Of a DNA stretch of 64,000 nt, positions 62,001 through 64,000 are shown one piece after another. Numbering within the stretch: the stretch's first letter is position 1; every line of letters starts with the position of its first letter. The stretch is from Tubulanus polymorphus (Eukaryota; Animalia; Nemertea), in assembly GCF_964204645.1 (NCBI RefSeq), contig NC_134027.1:22902560-22966559 (forward strand), given 5' to 3'. Made by a program: the position numbers and the translations under genes. Under the pieces are notes generated by a model that saw only the letters and a list, made by a program, of their open reading frames with translations, had not been told where the DNA came from and searched no databases.

Positions 62001-64000
62001 GGGGCTATGGCCGCTCAAAAATGCCCCAGAATCATGGTCAATTTCACTTTATTTGTGTACAACGCTGAAATCTTAGTAACATAATTAACCTTTTTTTGAA
62101 AAAAACTTGCATACCCGAAAAAAGTTTTTAAGAAAGCACTTCACAAAGCTAATAAAGTATCTTTCCCTGTTCTGTTCTTACTGTCCTGATTGTAACCCTT
62201 TTTATATTGGGGAAACTGGGAAGAATCAAGGAACATAAACGATGCTTTAAAGAGGGTGAAATTAGATATGTGGGGTAGTCTCTATTCTTTGCAAATCGGG
62301 CATACTTTCGAATTTCCTGGAGCCAATATTGCTTTTCCACACAGCAATCTCACTATAGACACCACATAGTAAGAATCCGCTTTTGATTTGTACTCATTCT
62401 GACCGCTCTGCCAACCTCAATGAAGATTTTAGCCCCCATTAGATCTGTGTTTCAAAATATGTCAGTACTCCAGTCCCCATTACTTAATGTGCAGTAATTC
62501 GTATTATATTTCATGCATAGACAATGTATTTATGTACATGCGCTGTGTTTTATTTTGCAATTCATTTTAGACTGAAGGAGGGTAATATTTCTTACATTCG
62601 AGGTAAACTTTTTAGCTATCAATTCATTTATTGTGGGATTATACTCTCATCGTTTTATCACGGATATTTTGTGATCTACAACTGATTCATGTTGATTCAT
62701 TAATTTTGAAGTGGATGATTTCTTTTAAATTGCCAAAATCTATAATATATAATGTAGCAGACGCATTGAAAATGAACGACCGAAACCCCCGTGGTTTTCA
62801 ATATAGTTTCATATCTACAGTACCCCCGATTGGACCAGTCCTAACATCTCAACCAAACACCACCAACAACAACATCGTCGCAGTACAGGAGAATTCACAA
62901 TTAACAATCACATGTGACGGTTCACAGTCTGGAGCTACAGGACTGACGTATAAATGGAGTGGTGTCAATCTATCAGGACAGTCTAATAATAAACTCAGTT
63001 TTACACGAATCAGTAAAACTGATTCAGATGTTTATACATGTAACGTATCGAATATAGCGGGATCAGTTGCTGGTAATATTACTATTCAAGTTCTATGTAA
63101 GTATTACGTTAAGATAGATGAACACACGTGATTTACCTAGTATTCATATTAAGCAATTTGTAACAGAAATTTGTTGGAAATAACCCAGTCAATGGATTCA
63201 AAGGAGTTCGTTGTTCAAATCTGTGTTTCATCAATTTCGTTAAAGAAACGAAATATTTATAAGTACCTACCTATATCTGCGTTGAATGCTGAGGAAAACG
63301 CGCGCGACTCCTTTACGGAGTTTATTATGAAGTGCATTTATGAGGCTGAATTATGTTAAAGTTTCAGATTCTATCCTTATCAAATGACATTTGGTCACAT
63401 CGGGATAAAGCAATTATCTAGAATAATGACGTAGGCAAGAAAATATCGTCAGATTACCACAAAATATTAATCTAAACGCGTTTATCCTTTAACCGCGGAC
63501 TCTTCTGAGGCATATTTTACCCTATTCAAACGGGTGTATTCTAGACCCCTTATGTTCCATTAATTATAACATGTATACATATTTCATTCAAATGAATCTT
63601 CCCATCGATCGATATTCACCATATTTTCTCTTCATGAAGTCTATTCGTCACGATTGTGATCGGGTGAGACGCGGCTTTGAAAAATATGCTACAATTTACC
63701 AGCGAACCGGAGCAATTAAAACATCATCAATAACGTACGAGAAATTTATTCAAGCAAAGGCTTGTGCTTTGAATAAATATGATTTTTCAATTCATTTCAA
63801 ATTAATTTGGGCCGGTAATCTGAAATATGAAATTGTACCGAATAATCTGTTGCTGTTGTACATATAACTCATCGATCAAAATAATCGCTTTTTAACACTT
63901 TTAATTTCAGACCCGCCAAATAATGTTACATTACAAGGACCGACGTCACCCGTTCAGGAATCCGTATCTGTTGACTTAACGTGTACAGCTACAGGGGGTA
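59016..64000 (+). CDS. Gene B2: 5' part of a B-type IgSF receptor, truncated by the window end
   Basis: Exons 59016-59027 (MYGK), 59361-59412 (KCLAGIVVSLLMWTGING), V 60313-60657, Ig 62821-63096; next Ig exon starts at 63911. The leader exon begins AAG here versus ATG in B1, supporting MYGK as the real start exon. Confidence 0.8.
60313..60657 (+). CDS. V-like N-terminal Ig exon of B2
   Basis: Within ORF 60300..60728; 345 nt with canonical splice sites. Confidence 0.85.
60888..62650 (+). mobile_element. Decayed Penelope-like element copy in the B2 intron
   Basis: ORFs 61050..61253 and 61282..61479 (LLELCARRAYFQFDGIFFAQYDFATG). Confidence 0.72.

Larger units (their letters stand above)
40698..64000 (+). 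repeat. Direct segmental duplicate of positions 1-~22784 (offset ~40.7 kb)
   Basis: Window start aaaaactgttagaaaccagcag recurs at 40698; exons, introns and TEs are colinear up to the window end, which matches ~22784. Confidence 0.92.

Overview
AT-rich metazoan (probably invertebrate) genomic DNA with many short GT-AG introns; most of the supplied ORFs are exon fragments or antisense noise. By hand splicing, the window is a cluster of five immunoglobulin-superfamily (IgSF) type I membrane receptor genes with a nephrin/Sidestep-like ectodomain: an atypical 6-Cys V domain, a variable number of C2/I-type Ig domains, FN3, a second FN3-like domain, TM, and a Tyr-motif tail. Order: A1(-) 332-16757, B1(+) 17695-31590, C(+) 33919-37758, A2(-) 41039-58075, B2(+) 59016 to the window end. 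A and B are head-to-head on a ~0.94 kb shared promoter with IRF-, ETS- and NF-kB-like sites. Their V-to-TM regions, introns included, are near-identical inverted repeats with patchwork variation, but their leaders and cytoplasmic tails are unrelated. A tails carry EPIYA-like motifs and an ITIM; B/C tails carry YxN and YEEV motifs (B1 also an ITSM-like site). The A/B unit recurs ~40.7 kb downstream. My main inference is a paired immune or allorecognition receptor locus diversified by gene conversion and exon gain/loss. Introns hold decayed Penelope-like elements with minimal hammerhead motifs, LINE fragments and MITEs. Exon models and motif functions are manual predictions, not validated.
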